NCBI GenBank assembly: GCA_963779415.1
Contig: CAVZYA010000002.1
Location: 672,001-736,000 of the forward strand
DNA from: an uncultured Acidobacteriota bacterium
GTDB taxonomy: Bacteria > Acidobacteriota > Thermoanaerobaculia > UBA5066
Direction: 5' to 3'
DNA: 64,000 nt
The notes below the pieces were generated by a model that was not told the origin of the DNA, did no database searches, and saw only the letters and a list, made by a program, of their open reading frames with translations. Below, piece after piece: positions 34,405 to 43,490 of this stretch (position 1 is its first letter; each line of letters begins with the position of its first letter). The position numbers and the translations under genes are program-made.

Positions 34405-35090
34405 GTGGGGCCGGACTCGCTCGAACGCCGTCTTCCCGATGAGGTCGCGGGACTCTGCCTCGGCGTTCGAGCGATCGCCGGACGCCGTCTTCGTGACGGA
34501 CCGGCGCAACCGGGTCGTCTTCTCGAACCGCGCGGCCGAGACTCTGCTCGGATTCTCCGACCGGCGAGACCGTCGGCCTTTCGTGCGAAGCGGTCCTCAA
34601 GGGGCGCGACGTCTTCGACAACCGCTATTGCGCGCTGAATTGCCCGGTGATGCAGATGGCGTCCCGCGGCGAGAGCGTGCGGGACTTCCGTCTCACGATT
34701 CAGGCCCGGGACGGCCGCGAGGTGACCGTGGAGCTGAGCGTCCTCCAGCTCGTCGTCGCGCCGCCGGATCATTACTACCTCGCCCACGTCCTCAAGCTCG
34801 TCGAGAGGACCGGTCGCGTGCCGGCCCCTCCCGACGTCGAGACGCAGCCTCCCCGGTCATCCCTCGAGATCGTCCGGGAGTCCACGGACGTGCGGGTCCG
34901 ACGGCTGACGACGCGGGAGGTCGAAGTCCTCGGAATGCTGGCGGCGGGCCGGACGACGCCGGAGATCTCGGCCCGGCTCTGCATCTCGGCTCTGACGGTA
35001 CGGAACCACATCCAGAACATCCTCGAGAAGCTCGAGGTTCACTCCAAGAGCGAGGCCATCGCCTTCGCGTTCCAGAAGAGGCTGATTTAG
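34405..35090 (+). CDS. PAS-domain LuxR-family regulator (frameshift near 34557, possibly another near 34458)
   Basis: Joining frames gives SPDAVFVTDRRNRVVFSNRAAETLLGF-..ETVGLSCEAVLKGRDVFDNRYCALNCP...LTTREVEVL..LAAG.TT.EIS.RL.IS..TVRNHIQNILEKL. Confidence 0.8.
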
Positions 35091-35110
35091 GCTCTTCCGT
35101 CCGGTCCTGG

Positions 35111-35129
35111 TGTGTATTCACCAGACACA
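35111..35129. promoter_or_regulatory. Inverted repeat, candidate operator for the redox cluster
   Basis: TGTGT-N9-ACACA, about 130 nt upstream of ATG 35260. Confidence 0.3.
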
Positions 35130-35259
35130 ATGGTGCGGGATCGGGATTGGGAATCACTTCCTCCGGGCGCACCTTGCCTTCCGATACCAGGACGATGAAG
35201 AAACCCTGCGCGAAGACGCCCCGTTCCACGGGAGCGAACCCGGACTCAAGGAGACGGTC

Positions 35260-36612
35260 ATGAAGAGGCTCCTTTCGTTTTTCTCCGTCGCCTTCGGGCT
35301 CTTTGCCCTCTCGGTCCTGCGGGAGACGCCCGCCGCCGCGGTCCCCAGCTTCGCGCGTCAGACCGGACTCGCGTGCAACGGGTGCCACACGACCCCCCCG
35401 GAGCTCAATGCGGCCGGACGCCGGTTCAAGCTGACGGGGTACACGGACCGGGCGGACGACACCGCGACGGTCAACAACGAGCCGGGGAAGAAGCACGCGG
35501 GCCTCGATCTCCTGAAATCGCTTCCGGTGTCGGCCATGCTCGACGCGTCGTTCACGGCGGTGAAGACCCCGGAGCCGGACAGCAAGAGCACCACCTTCCA
35601 GTTTCCGCAGGACGTCTCGCTCTTCCTCGCCGGAGGGTGGTCCTCGCACGTCGGCAGCTTCATCCAGATCACCTACAGCACGCAGGACGATCATTTCGGC
35701 ATCGACAACACGGACATCCGGTACGCGGACAAGACGACGCTCGGCGGCAAGGAGCTCGTCTGGGGCCTGACGCTCAACAACAACCCGACCGTCGAAGACC
35801 TCTGGAACACGACCCCGGCCTGGGGATTCCCGTGGATCGGAAGCGACTGGGCGCCCGCGCCGGCCGCCGCCCCGCTGCTCGCGGGCGCCCTCGGGCAGGA
35901 TGTCGCCGGGCTCGGCGCGTACGCGATGTGGAACGAGCACCTCTACGTGGCCACGGCGTTCTATGCCACGAATCACGTAGGGGACTCGCAGCCGAATACG
36001 GGGACCAATTACTCGATGAACATCAGCGGCGTTGCGCCGTACTGGAGGGTCGCCTGGCAGCAGTCGCTCGACGCGGACAGCACCCTCGAGGTCGGCACCT
36101 ATGGAATCCGGGTGAACTCGACTCCGAACGGGATCAGCGGTCTCAGGAACGGTTACACGGACTGGGGCTTCGACCTCCAGTACGACCGGACGGTCTTCGT
36201 CCGAGACGTCGTCTCGGTCCGCGTCACCTACATCCGTGAGACGTCCACGCTGGACGCGACGTACGACCAGGGCGGTGCGACCCAGGCCGCGAACAACCTC
36301 GGGATGTTCCGCGCCAATGTCGGGTACCACTTCGGCAACGTCTTCTCCCTGACGGCGGGCCTGCAGGATGTGATCGGCACCGGCGACTCCCTTATCTGGA
36401 CGCCGGCGCCCGTGACCGGCAGCGCGACCGGCAGCCCGAACAGCATGTCGTATCTCCTGAGCCTCTCGTGGTGGCCGGTCCAGAACGTCCAGATTGCTGG
36501 CCAGTACACGGCGTATACGAACTTCAACGGCGGGAACTCGAACTACGACGGATCCGGCCGAAATGCGAGCGACAACAACACGATCTATCTGCTCGCGCGG
36601 TTCATCTTCTGA
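35260..36612 (+). CDS. cyc2: Cyc2-like outer-membrane monoheme cytochrome c-porin fusion
   Basis: AAGGAG SD, signal peptide, then VPSFARQTGLACNGCHTTPPELNAAGRRFKLTGY (Cyc2 heme motif). Aromatic beta-strand body, 450 aa, terminal Phe. Confidence 0.82.
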   Translation: MKRLLSFFSVAFGLFALSVLRETPAAAVPSFARQTGLACNGCHTTPPELNAAGRRFKLTGYTDRADDTATVNNEPGKKHAGLDLLKSLPVSAMLDASFTAVKTPEPDSKSTTFQFPQDVSLFLAGGWSSHVGSFIQITYSTQDDHFGIDNTDIRYADKTTLGGKELVWGLTLNNNPTVEDLWNTTPAWGFPWIGSDWAPAPAAAPLLAGALGQDVAGLGAYAMWNEHLYVATAFYATNHVGDSQPNTGTNYSMNISGVAPYWRVAWQQSLDADSTLEVGTYGIRVNSTPNGISGLRNGYTDWGFDLQYDRTVFVRDVVSVRVTYIRETSTLDATYDQGGATQAANNLGMFRANVGYHFGNVFSLTAGLQDVIGTGDSLIWTPAPVTGSATGSPNSMSYLLSLSWWPVQNVQIAGQYTAYTNFNGGNSNYDGSGRNASDNNTIYLLARFIF

Positions 36613-36654
36613 AACCCGTGGTCCTCAGGACCGCGTTCCGAAGGAGGGAAGACC

Positions 36655-37233
36655 ATGAAGGGAATGCTCGTCCTCGTCTTTTCCGCGGCCGTGGCCCTGC
36701 CGCTCGCGGCCGGGGAGATCCATGGCAAGGTCGTCTGCAAGGGAGTACGCAACAGCAGCGACGCGGTCGTCTACGTGGAGGGCGTTCCGGGAAAGAGCTT
36801 CCCGCCGCCCACGGAGCACGCGAAAGTCAACCAGTTGAACCTCACGTTCGTTCCCCACGTCCTTCCGGTCCTCATCGGGACGACGGTTGACTTCTACAAC
36901 TCCGACGCCGTCCTCCACAACGTCTTCTCGCCCGACGCCTGTGCCGAGAAGTTCAACCTGGGGACATGGCCGAAGGGACAGTTCCGGAGCTACACCTTCA
37001 AGAAGGATTGCGTGGCGACTCTCCTCTGCAAGGTACATCCGGAGATGGAGGCGTTCGTCGTGGCCGTCCCGACCCCTTACTTCGCCGTGACGAAGCCCGA
37101 CGGCTCGTACAAGATCACGGAGGTTCCCGACGGCTCCTACACGCTGAAGGTCTGGCACCCGAAGCTGAAAGGAACCCAGAAGACGGTGCAGGTCGCCGGG
37201 GCGGCGGCAGCGGATTTCGAGATCTCGAAGTAG
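36655..37233 (+). CDS. Periplasmic cupredoxin-like protein with carboxypeptidase-regulatory-like segments
   Basis: Signal peptide; type-1 Cu ligand pattern HNVFS...CKVHPEM. Confidence 0.8.
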   Translation: MKGMLVLVFSAAVALPLAAGEIHGKVVCKGVRNSSDAVVYVEGVPGKSFPPPTEHAKVNQLNLTFVPHVLPVLIGTTVDFYNSDAVLHNVFSPDACAEKFNLGTWPKGQFRSYTFKKDCVATLLCKVHPEMEAFVVAVPTPYFAVTKPDGSYKITEVPDGSYTLKVWHPKLKGTQKTVQVAGAAAADFEISK

Positions 37234-37243
37234 GCCGGACGGC

Positions 37244-39073
37244 GTGGCCGACTTCAGCCGCGACTGGCTCGAGCGGAACTTCCCCTGCAAGGAAGCGTGC
37301 CCGGTCCACACTGAGGCCGGCAAGTACGTCACGCTCATCGCCGAGGGGCGGTACCGCGAGGCCTACGCCGTGGCCCGCAAGCCGAATCCGCTCGCGTCCA
37401 TCTGCGGGCGGATCTGCGCGGCCCCGTGCGAAAGCGTCTGCCGCCGGGGGGAGCTGGACGCCCCGATCTCGATCCGGGCCCTGAAGCGGTTCGTCACGGA
37501 GCGGTTCGGCGTGGAGAGCATGATCGACCTCTCCGTCCTGGCCGAGATCTACGGCCAACGCACCGGTCGGTATCCCGAGCGCGTGGCGGTGATCGGCTCG
37601 GGTCCGGCCGGCCTGGCGTGCGCCCACGACCTCGCCCTGATGGGCTATCCGGTCACGATCTTCGAAGCCGCGCCGGTTGCCGGCGGGATGCTGCGGCTCG
37701 GCGTGCCGGAATACCGGCTGCCCCGGGCTCTCATCCAGCTCGAGATCAACGCGATCCTCTCGCTCGGAGTGGAGCTGGTGACGAACACGCGCCTCGGGCG
37801 CGACGTCACTCTCGCCGACCTGAGGCGCCAGGGATTCGCGGCGATCTTCCTCGGCATCGGCGCGACGCGGAGCCGGGATCTCGCCGTTCCGGGCATGGAG
37901 CTCGACGGCGTCCTCCGCGGGATCGACTACCTCCTCAACGTGAACCTCGGCTACAAGGTCGAGATGGGGCAGAGCGTCGTCGTGATCGGCGGCGGAAACG
38001 TGGCCTTGGACGTGGCGCGCACGGCCGCGCGCGGCGGCGAGCAGGAAAACCTCCAGCGAAATCTCTCCATCGTCGCGGCGCTCGACGTGGCACGCAGCGC
38101 CGTCCGCTTCGGGGCGCGTCAGGTGACCGTCTGCTGCCTGGAGTCCGAGGCCGAGATGCCGGCGTCCCCCGAGGAGGTCGAGGAAGCGCTCCGCGAGGGG
38201 ATCCGGTTCCGCCACCGAGTCGGCCCGAACCGGATCGTGGGCGAGAACGGGACCGCGACGGGCGTCGAGCTCCGGGCCGTCTCTCGAGTCTTCGACGAGG
38301 GCGGGCGCTTCGCGCCGGAGTTCGTTCCCGGCTCGGAGACGCTCCTTGCGGCGGACACTCTCATCGTCTCGATCGGACAGACCGCCGATCTCTCCTTCCT
38401 CCGGCCGGAGGACGGCATCGAGTCGGCGCGGGGGAGGATCACCATCGACCCCGAGACGCTCGCGACGTCCGCCCCGGGCGTCTACTCCGGCGGCGACGCG
38501 GCCTTCGGGCCGCGGATCGCCATCAACGCCATCGCCGACGGCAAGCGGGCGGCGCGCTCGATCGACACGCATCTCCGCGGCCGGCCCCGGCCGGAGGCCG
38601 AAACCGAGGTCGAGATCGAGATCCACGACCGCTACGAGCGCCCGTGGGACTACGAGGGAATCCCGCGGCAGAAGCCGCCGAGCCGTCCGATCTCGCGGCG
38701 GATCGGGATCGCCGAGGTGGAGGAGTGCTTCGGCGAGCGCGAGGCCCGCCTCGAAGGAAGTCGCTGCCTCCACTGCTGGACGAACACGATCTTCGAAGAG
38801 AGCGCGGCGGAGGGGACGGAGTGCCTCCTCTGCGGCGGCTGCCAGGACATCTGCCCGGAGGACTGCATCGAGATCCTTCCCTCGGCCGGGGTCGAGGAGC
38901 TTCCGCCGGGCGCCCGGGAGCTGGCCCCGCTCCTCGTCGAAGGCCGGCTCGAGGGTTCCATCCTGATCAAGGACGAGGAGACCTGCATCCGGTGCGGACT
39001 CTGCGCCGCTCGCTGTCCGGCGGGCACGATCACGATGCAGAGCTTCGAAACGAGGGAGGCTGCCCGTGCCTGA
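37244..39073 (+). CDS. GltD/NfnB/DsrL-like FAD Fe-S oxidoreductase with C-terminal 2x[4Fe-4S] ferredoxin
   Basis: PCKEACP, CGRICAAPCE..CRR, GSGPAG, GGGNVA, RCLHC, CLLCGGCQDICP and CIRCGLCAARCP motifs. Confidence 0.9.
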   Translation: MADFSRDWLERNFPCKEACPVHTEAGKYVTLIAEGRYREAYAVARKPNPLASICGRICAAPCESVCRRGELDAPISIRALKRFVTERFGVESMIDLSVLAEIYGQRTGRYPERVAVIGSGPAGLACAHDLALMGYPVTIFEAAPVAGGMLRLGVPEYRLPRALIQLEINAILSLGVELVTNTRLGRDVTLADLRRQGFAAIFLGIGATRSRDLAVPGMELDGVLRGIDYLLNVNLGYKVEMGQSVVVIGGGNVALDVARTAARGGEQENLQRNLSIVAALDVARSAVRFGARQVTVCCLESEAEMPASPEEVEEALREGIRFRHRVGPNRIVGENGTATGVELRAVSRVFDEGGRFAPEFVPGSETLLAADTLIVSIGQTADLSFLRPEDGIESARGRITIDPETLATSAPGVYSGGDAAFGPRIAINAIADGKRAARSIDTHLRGRPRPEAETEVEIEIHDRYERPWDYEGIPRQKPPSRPISRRIGIAEVEECFGEREARLEGSRCLHCWTNTIFEESAAEGTECLLCGGCQDICPEDCIEILPSAGVEELPPGARELAPLLVEGRLEGSILIKDEETCIRCGLCAARCPAGTITMQSFETREAARA

Positions 39074-39566
39074 ACCGCCCGTGGATCCCCGGACGAACTC
39101 CCTGCCGGAGGCCGGTGAGCCGAACCGGCGCGACGTCCTGACGCGGATCGGGGTCGGCGCCTGCGCGGTGGCCGCCGTCGGCTCGGGCGCCGTCACCCTA
39201 GACTTCCTGAAGCCGAAGGTTCTCTTCGAGCCCGCGACGACCTTCCGCGCCGGGAGTCCGCTCGACTACCCCGAGGGGACGGTCCGTTTCGACCGGGAGA
39301 GAAAAGCCTACGTCATCGGCGGGGACGGTGGGGTCTACGCGATGTCGGCCGTCTGCACCCACCTCGGATGCATCACCCGGTACGTCTCGGATGAGAGCGC
39401 CATCGCCTGCCCCTGTCATGGGAGCCGGTTCGACCTCGAGGGAAACGTCACCCACGGACCGGCCCCACGCCCCCTGCCATGGCTCGAGGTGAGGCTCGAC
39501 GACAAGGGAAACCTCGTCGTGGATACCAGCGTGGTCATTCCGCGCGGAAAGGTGCTGAAAGCATGA
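39066..39566 (+). CDS. Rieske [2Fe-2S] subunit of a Rieske/cytb complex
   Basis: Tat-like [27 protein letters not shown]. Confidence 0.95.
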   Translation: MPEPPVDPRTNSLPEAGEPNRRDVLTRIGVGACAVAAVGSGAVTLDFLKPKVLFEPATTFRAGSPLDYPEGTVRFDRERKAYVIGGDGGVYAMSAVCTHLGCITRYVSDESAIACPCHGSRFDLEGNVTHGPAPRPLPWLEVRLDDKGNLVVDTSVVIPRGKVLKA

Positions 39567-40336
39567 GCGCCCGCTTCGAGACCGCTCTCTTCGACCGCCT
39601 TCGCGCCACGTCCGTCTGGCGTTCCATCGTCCGCCACGGCGTCGACGGGACGAACCGGAACAGCTCGCTCGTCATCTTCGAGAACCTCTTCCTGCACGTC
39701 CACCCGGTGAAGGTGCGGGAGAAGACCCTCCGGTTCACCCACACGTTCTGGCTCGGAGGGGTGACGCTCGTCGCGGCGGTCGTCCTGATCGCCACGGGAA
39801 TCCTCCTGATGTTCTACTACCACCCCTCCGTCCCGCAGGCCTACCGCGACATGAAGGAGTTGGCGTTCGTCGTCGACAACGGCCTCTTCCTCAGGAATCT
39901 TCACCGGTGGGCCGCCCACCTGATGGTCTTCTCGGCGTTGCTTCACATGCTGCGCGTCTTCTACCACCGCGCCTACCGGCCCCCGCGTCAGTTCAACTGG
40001 GTCGTCGGCGTCGTCCTCCTCATCCTGACGCTCCTCCTCTCGTACACGGGCTATCTCCTACCGTGGGACCAGCTCGCGTTCTGGGGCGTCTCCGTCGGGA
40101 CGAACATGGCCCGGACGGCGCCGATCGTCGGCGAGAAGCTCCGATTCCTCCTCCTCGGGGGGAACGTCGTCTCCGCGAACGCCCTCCTCCGCTTCTACGT
40201 CCTCCATTGCGTCGTCCTCCCGGTCGCCCTCGTCCTTTTCATCGCCGTGCACGTCTGGCGGATCCGCAAGGATGGCGGCGTGCAGGGTCCCCTCGAGGAG
40301 ACCGGGGACTCCGCGGAGCCGGAGGTCCGCCCATGA
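39563..40336 (+). CDS. Cytochrome b N-terminal (b6-like) subunit
   Basis: [16 protein letters not shown]...[19 protein letters not shown] and RFYVLH...H motifs; ATGA overlap with the Rieske gene. Confidence 0.95.
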   Translation: MSARFETALFDRLRATSVWRSIVRHGVDGTNRNSSLVIFENLFLHVHPVKVREKTLRFTHTFWLGGVTLVAAVVLIATGILLMFYYHPSVPQAYRDMKELAFVVDNGLFLRNLHRWAAHLMVFSALLHMLRVFYHRAYRPPRQFNWVVGVVLLILTLLLSYTGYLLPWDQLAFWGVSVGTNMARTAPIVGEKLRFLLLGGNVVSANALLRFYVLHCVVLPVALVLFIAVHVWRIRKDGGVQGPLEETGDSAEPEVRP

Positions 40337-41043
40337 CGACCGGAATCCCCCTCAAGGTCACGGAATCGAACGACCCCGTCGCCGTGCCTCGCCGTGTCGC
40401 CCTCGTCCGGCCGGACATCCGGCCGGCGGTCCGCCGCCGCGAGGAAAAGTGGGTGATGACGTTTCCGCACCTGATCGTCCGGGAGGTCATCCTCTTCCAG
40501 GTCGTCGTGATCGCCCTTTCGCTCGTGGCGCTCTTCGTCGACGCGCCTCTCGAGGGGATCGCGAATCCCGTCGAGACTCCCAATCCGGCCAAGGCGCCCT
40601 GGTATTTCCTCGGCCTCCAGGAGCTGCTTCACTACTTCCCGCCCGTCGTCGCGGGAGTTCTCCTGCCGGGCCTCGTCGTCCTCGCACTCGTCGTCATTCC
40701 GTACGCGCGGATCAACCTCGCCGCCGGGCCGCTCTGGGCCCGGCCCACCCCGAGGCAGACGCCGGCCGTCGCGGCCGCCGTCGTCGCGGTCGTCCTCCTC
40801 TTCGCGGCCTTCCGGTGCTGGCCGATCGTGATTCCGACGATCGCGATCGGAGGCGCCATGTTCGCCGCACGGGGCGGCGGGAACGCCGGAGCCTTCCGGC
40901 GGCTCCTGGCACGGGTCACGCTCCCCGAGTGGATCATGACCTGGTTCGTCGTCATCGCTGCCCTCCTCACGATCATCGGAACCTTCTTCCGCGGACCGGG
41001 CTGGTCCTTCGTCCTGCCCTGGTCTCCGGGAGCGACCTTCTGA
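40333..41043 (+). CDS. Cytochrome b C-terminal subunit (subunit IV-like)
   Basis: [31 protein letters not shown] and GTFFRGPGW motifs; ATGA overlap. Confidence 0.9.
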   Translation: MTTGIPLKVTESNDPVAVPRRVALVRPDIRPAVRRREEKWVMTFPHLIVREVILFQVVVIALSLVALFVDAPLEGIANPVETPNPAKAPWYFLGLQELLHYFPPVVAGVLLPGLVVLALVVIPYARINLAAGPLWARPTPRQTPAVAAAVVAVVLLFAAFRCWPIVIPTIAIGGAMFAARGGGNAGAFRRLLARVTLPEWIMTWFVVIAALLTIIGTFFRGPGWSFVLPWSPGATF

Positions 41044-41048
41044 AGAGA

Positions 41049-43079
41049 ATGGCCGTGCCGATCAAGCGCCTCTTTGCAGTCTCGAGCCTCCTCTTCCTCT
41101 TCGTCCTCGCGGTCTCGCCTGCCAAGAACGCCCTTCGCCCGTACCGGTCCTTCCAGCGGCGGTTCGCCCGGCTGGGGGCCGAACGCGCGAAGAGCCAGAA
41201 GGCGGCAGGCGACTACGAGAGCCGGCCGATTGCCATCCACCAGATCTGGCTGCGGAACTTTGACGATCGCGTCGACCGCTGTACGACGTGCCACCTCGGC
41301 GTGGCCGATCCGCTCATGGGGGACGCGCCGGAGCCGTTCCGGACTCACCCGAGGACCGAGCACACGCCGGACGGATTCGAGCAGATCGGGTGTACCTCGT
41401 GCCATGGCGGCCAGGGCCTCGCCACCTCGGAGTCGGAAGCCCACGGAACGGCGAAGGACGCGGGGCCGCCGATGACGCCGGCGGCTTACCTCGAGGGGGG
41501 GTGCGGGCGCTGCCACGGCGGGGAGATCGTGCCCGAAGCGCCGCGCCTCTCCCGCGGACGCGCCCTCATGACGCGCTTCAGTTGCTATGCGTGCCACGTC
41601 GTCCGGGGTCAGGAGACGTTTCGGTCGGAGGCACCTCCCATCGAGACCGTCTCCCTGAAGACAGGGGGCGAATGGGTCCGGCGATGGCTGAAGAACCCGC
41701 GCTCGGTCGACCCGAACGCGACGATGCCCAACTTCCAGCTCTCGGATACGGAGATCGACGAGCTGGCGAACGCCCTCTTCGCGCGGGCCGTCCCGGACGA
41801 GCTCGCGCGCGCGATTCGCGGGGCGTCGGACGAGCCGCCCGGAAACGCCGCCAGCGGCAAGAAGATTTTCTCGGAGTCCCGCTGCATCAGCTGCCACACC
41901 GTCGAGGGAAAAGGGAACGGCTCGGCGCCGGAGCTCTCGAAGGTCGCCTCTTCCGCCACGCGCGGCTGGCTTCTCGCGTTCCTTCGATCTCCCCACTCCT
42001 TCAACCCGAAGACGCGGATGCCCGAGTACGGCTTCTCGGAGACGGAGTCGCGCGACGTCGTGGCCTATCTCGAGGAGGAGTTTCGCGACTTCGACGCGCC
42101 GAAGGAGATCCTCGACCCGATCCGGCCCAACCAGACGGTCGCCGAGCGGGGCGAGAAGCTCTTCCGGCGGTTTGGCTGTTTCGCCTGCCACGGGCCGCTC
42201 CCGGCCTCCGAAACGGAGAGGTTCGGTCCGACGCTCGACGGCATCGGGGACAAGAAGCCCGCCTCCCTCGACTTCGGAAAGCGGAACGACCTGCCGCCCA
42301 CGCTGCCGGCCTGGCTCGCCGCCAAACTGGAGGCCCCGCGCTCCTTCGCGCAGGGGCTCCGGATGCCGTCGTTCGGCTTCTCGCCGGAGGAGACAAAAGC
42401 GATCGTGACGGCGCTCCTCGCCATGGGAGCTGACCCCGTCCCGGAAACCTACCGGTACACGCCGATACGGCCGCCCGCCGTCCTCCCGGGCGGAGAGACG
42501 GGCAAGCTCATCGACCGGTACCGGTGTCTCTCCTGCCACGAGATCGGCGACCGCGGGGGCGACATCTCGACGGCCCCGCTCACGCACGAAGGAAGCAAGG
42601 TCCGGCGCGACTGGCTCGTCGGGTACCTTCTCGTCTCCACGTCGATCCGACCGGTCCTGGAGGAACGGATGCCGATCTTCCGGATGTCCCCCGGCGACGC
42701 AACCCGGTTGACCGACGCCATCGAGAGCTTCTGGGTCGACGCGGCGATCCCGGAGGACCCGTTCGCCGGAAAGCCTGCCGCGGACGCCGATCCGCGCGAA
42801 GGCGAGCGTCTCTACACGGAGCTGGGGTGCCGTGGCTGCCACCTGATCGGCAACGCCGGAGGGGGCTACTACGGGCCTCCGCTGACCGACACGGCGACGC
42901 GCCTGAAGCCGGGCTGGGTCTTCTATTGGCTGAAGGGGCCGCAGCGCTGGCGCGCCGACGTCCGCTGTCCGGACTACGGCCTGCGCGACACCGATGCCCT
43001 GCGCCTGACGGCCTATCTCGAGACGCTCAAGGCCCCCCCCGAGACGAACACAGCCAGAACGGCGGGAGGTGCAAAGTGA
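41049..43079 (+). CDS. Octaheme cytochrome c (676 aa), N-terminally anchored
   Basis: Eight CxxCH motifs: CTTCH, CTSCH, CGRCH, CYACH, CISCH, CFACH, CLSCH, CRGCH. Confidence 0.92.
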   Translation: MAVPIKRLFAVSSLLFLFVLAVSPAKNALRPYRSFQRRFARLGAERAKSQKAAGDYESRPIAIHQIWLRNFDDRVDRCTTCHLGVADPLMGDAPEPFRTHPRTEHTPDGFEQIGCTSCHGGQGLATSESEAHGTAKDAGPPMTPAAYLEGGCGRCHGGEIVPEAPRLSRGRALMTRFSCYACHVVRGQETFRSEAPPIETVSLKTGGEWVRRWLKNPRSVDPNATMPNFQLSDTEIDELANALFARAVPDELARAIRGASDEPPGNAASGKKIFSESRCISCHTVEGKGNGSAPELSKVASSATRGWLLAFLRSPHSFNPKTRMPEYGFSETESRDVVAYLEEEFRDFDAPKEILDPIRPNQTVAERGEKLFRRFGCFACHGPLPASETERFGPTLDGIGDKKPASLDFGKRNDLPPTLPAWLAAKLEAPRSFAQGLRMPSFGFSPEETKAIVTALLAMGADPVPETYRYTPIRPPAVLPGGETGKLIDRYRCLSCHEIGDRGGDISTAPLTHEGSKVRRDWLVGYLLVSTSIRPVLEERMPIFRMSPGDATRLTDAIESFWVDAAIPEDPFAGKPAADADPREGERLYTELGCRGCHLIGNAGGGYYGPPLTDTATRLKPGWVFYWLKGPQRWRADVRCPDYGLRDTDALRLTAYLETLKAPPETNTARTAGGAK

Positions 43080-43483
43080 CGGCGCAGGCCGCCCGGCGGC
43101 TCACCGCCGTTTTCGTACTCTTCGCGGCCGCCGGCTGTTCCAGGAAGCCGGGCGCGGTCCCGCAGGCGGCCGCCCCAGCCGAGCCTTCGTACGAGATGCG
43201 GCTGGGCCGGGGAATCTACCGCCACTATTGCCAGACCTGCCACGGGGAGACGGGAGCCGGCGACGGCTTCAATGCCTTCAATCTCGATCCCCGCCCGCGC
43301 GATCTCTCAGACCCCGTCTTTCAGAAAAAGAAGAGCGACGCCGAGCTCGCGGACGCCATCCGGCGCGGGGGATCGGGAGTCGGGCTGTCGCCTCTCATGC
43401 CGCCGTGGGGCCGGACGCTCTCGGCACAGCAGATCGACCAGGCCGTCCTCTACATCCGGTCGCTGAAGAAGACTTCACCCTGA
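43076..43483 (+). CDS. Monoheme cytochrome c lipoprotein
   Basis: GTGA overlap with GGGAGG SD, lipobox AAAG-C, CQTCH, P.PRDL and LMPPWG motifs. Confidence 0.88.
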   Translation: MTAQAARRLTAVFVLFAAAGCSRKPGAVPQAAAPAEPSYEMRLGRGIYRHYCQTCHGETGAGDGFNAFNLDPRPRDLSDPVFQKKKSDAELADAIRRGGSGVGLSPLMPPWGRTLSAQQIDQAVLYIRSLKKTSP

Positions 43484-43490
43484 AGCCTCG

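Noticed and set aside
35163-35179. Sigma54-like CCGGGCGCACCTTGC upstream of cyc2
   Set aside because: The spacing is GG-N9-GC, not N10, and the adjacent regulator is LuxR-type. It would need a missing base to fit.
37244-39073. Calling the flavoprotein gltD or dsrL
   Set aside because: No gltB or dsr genes are nearby; only the fold family is supported.
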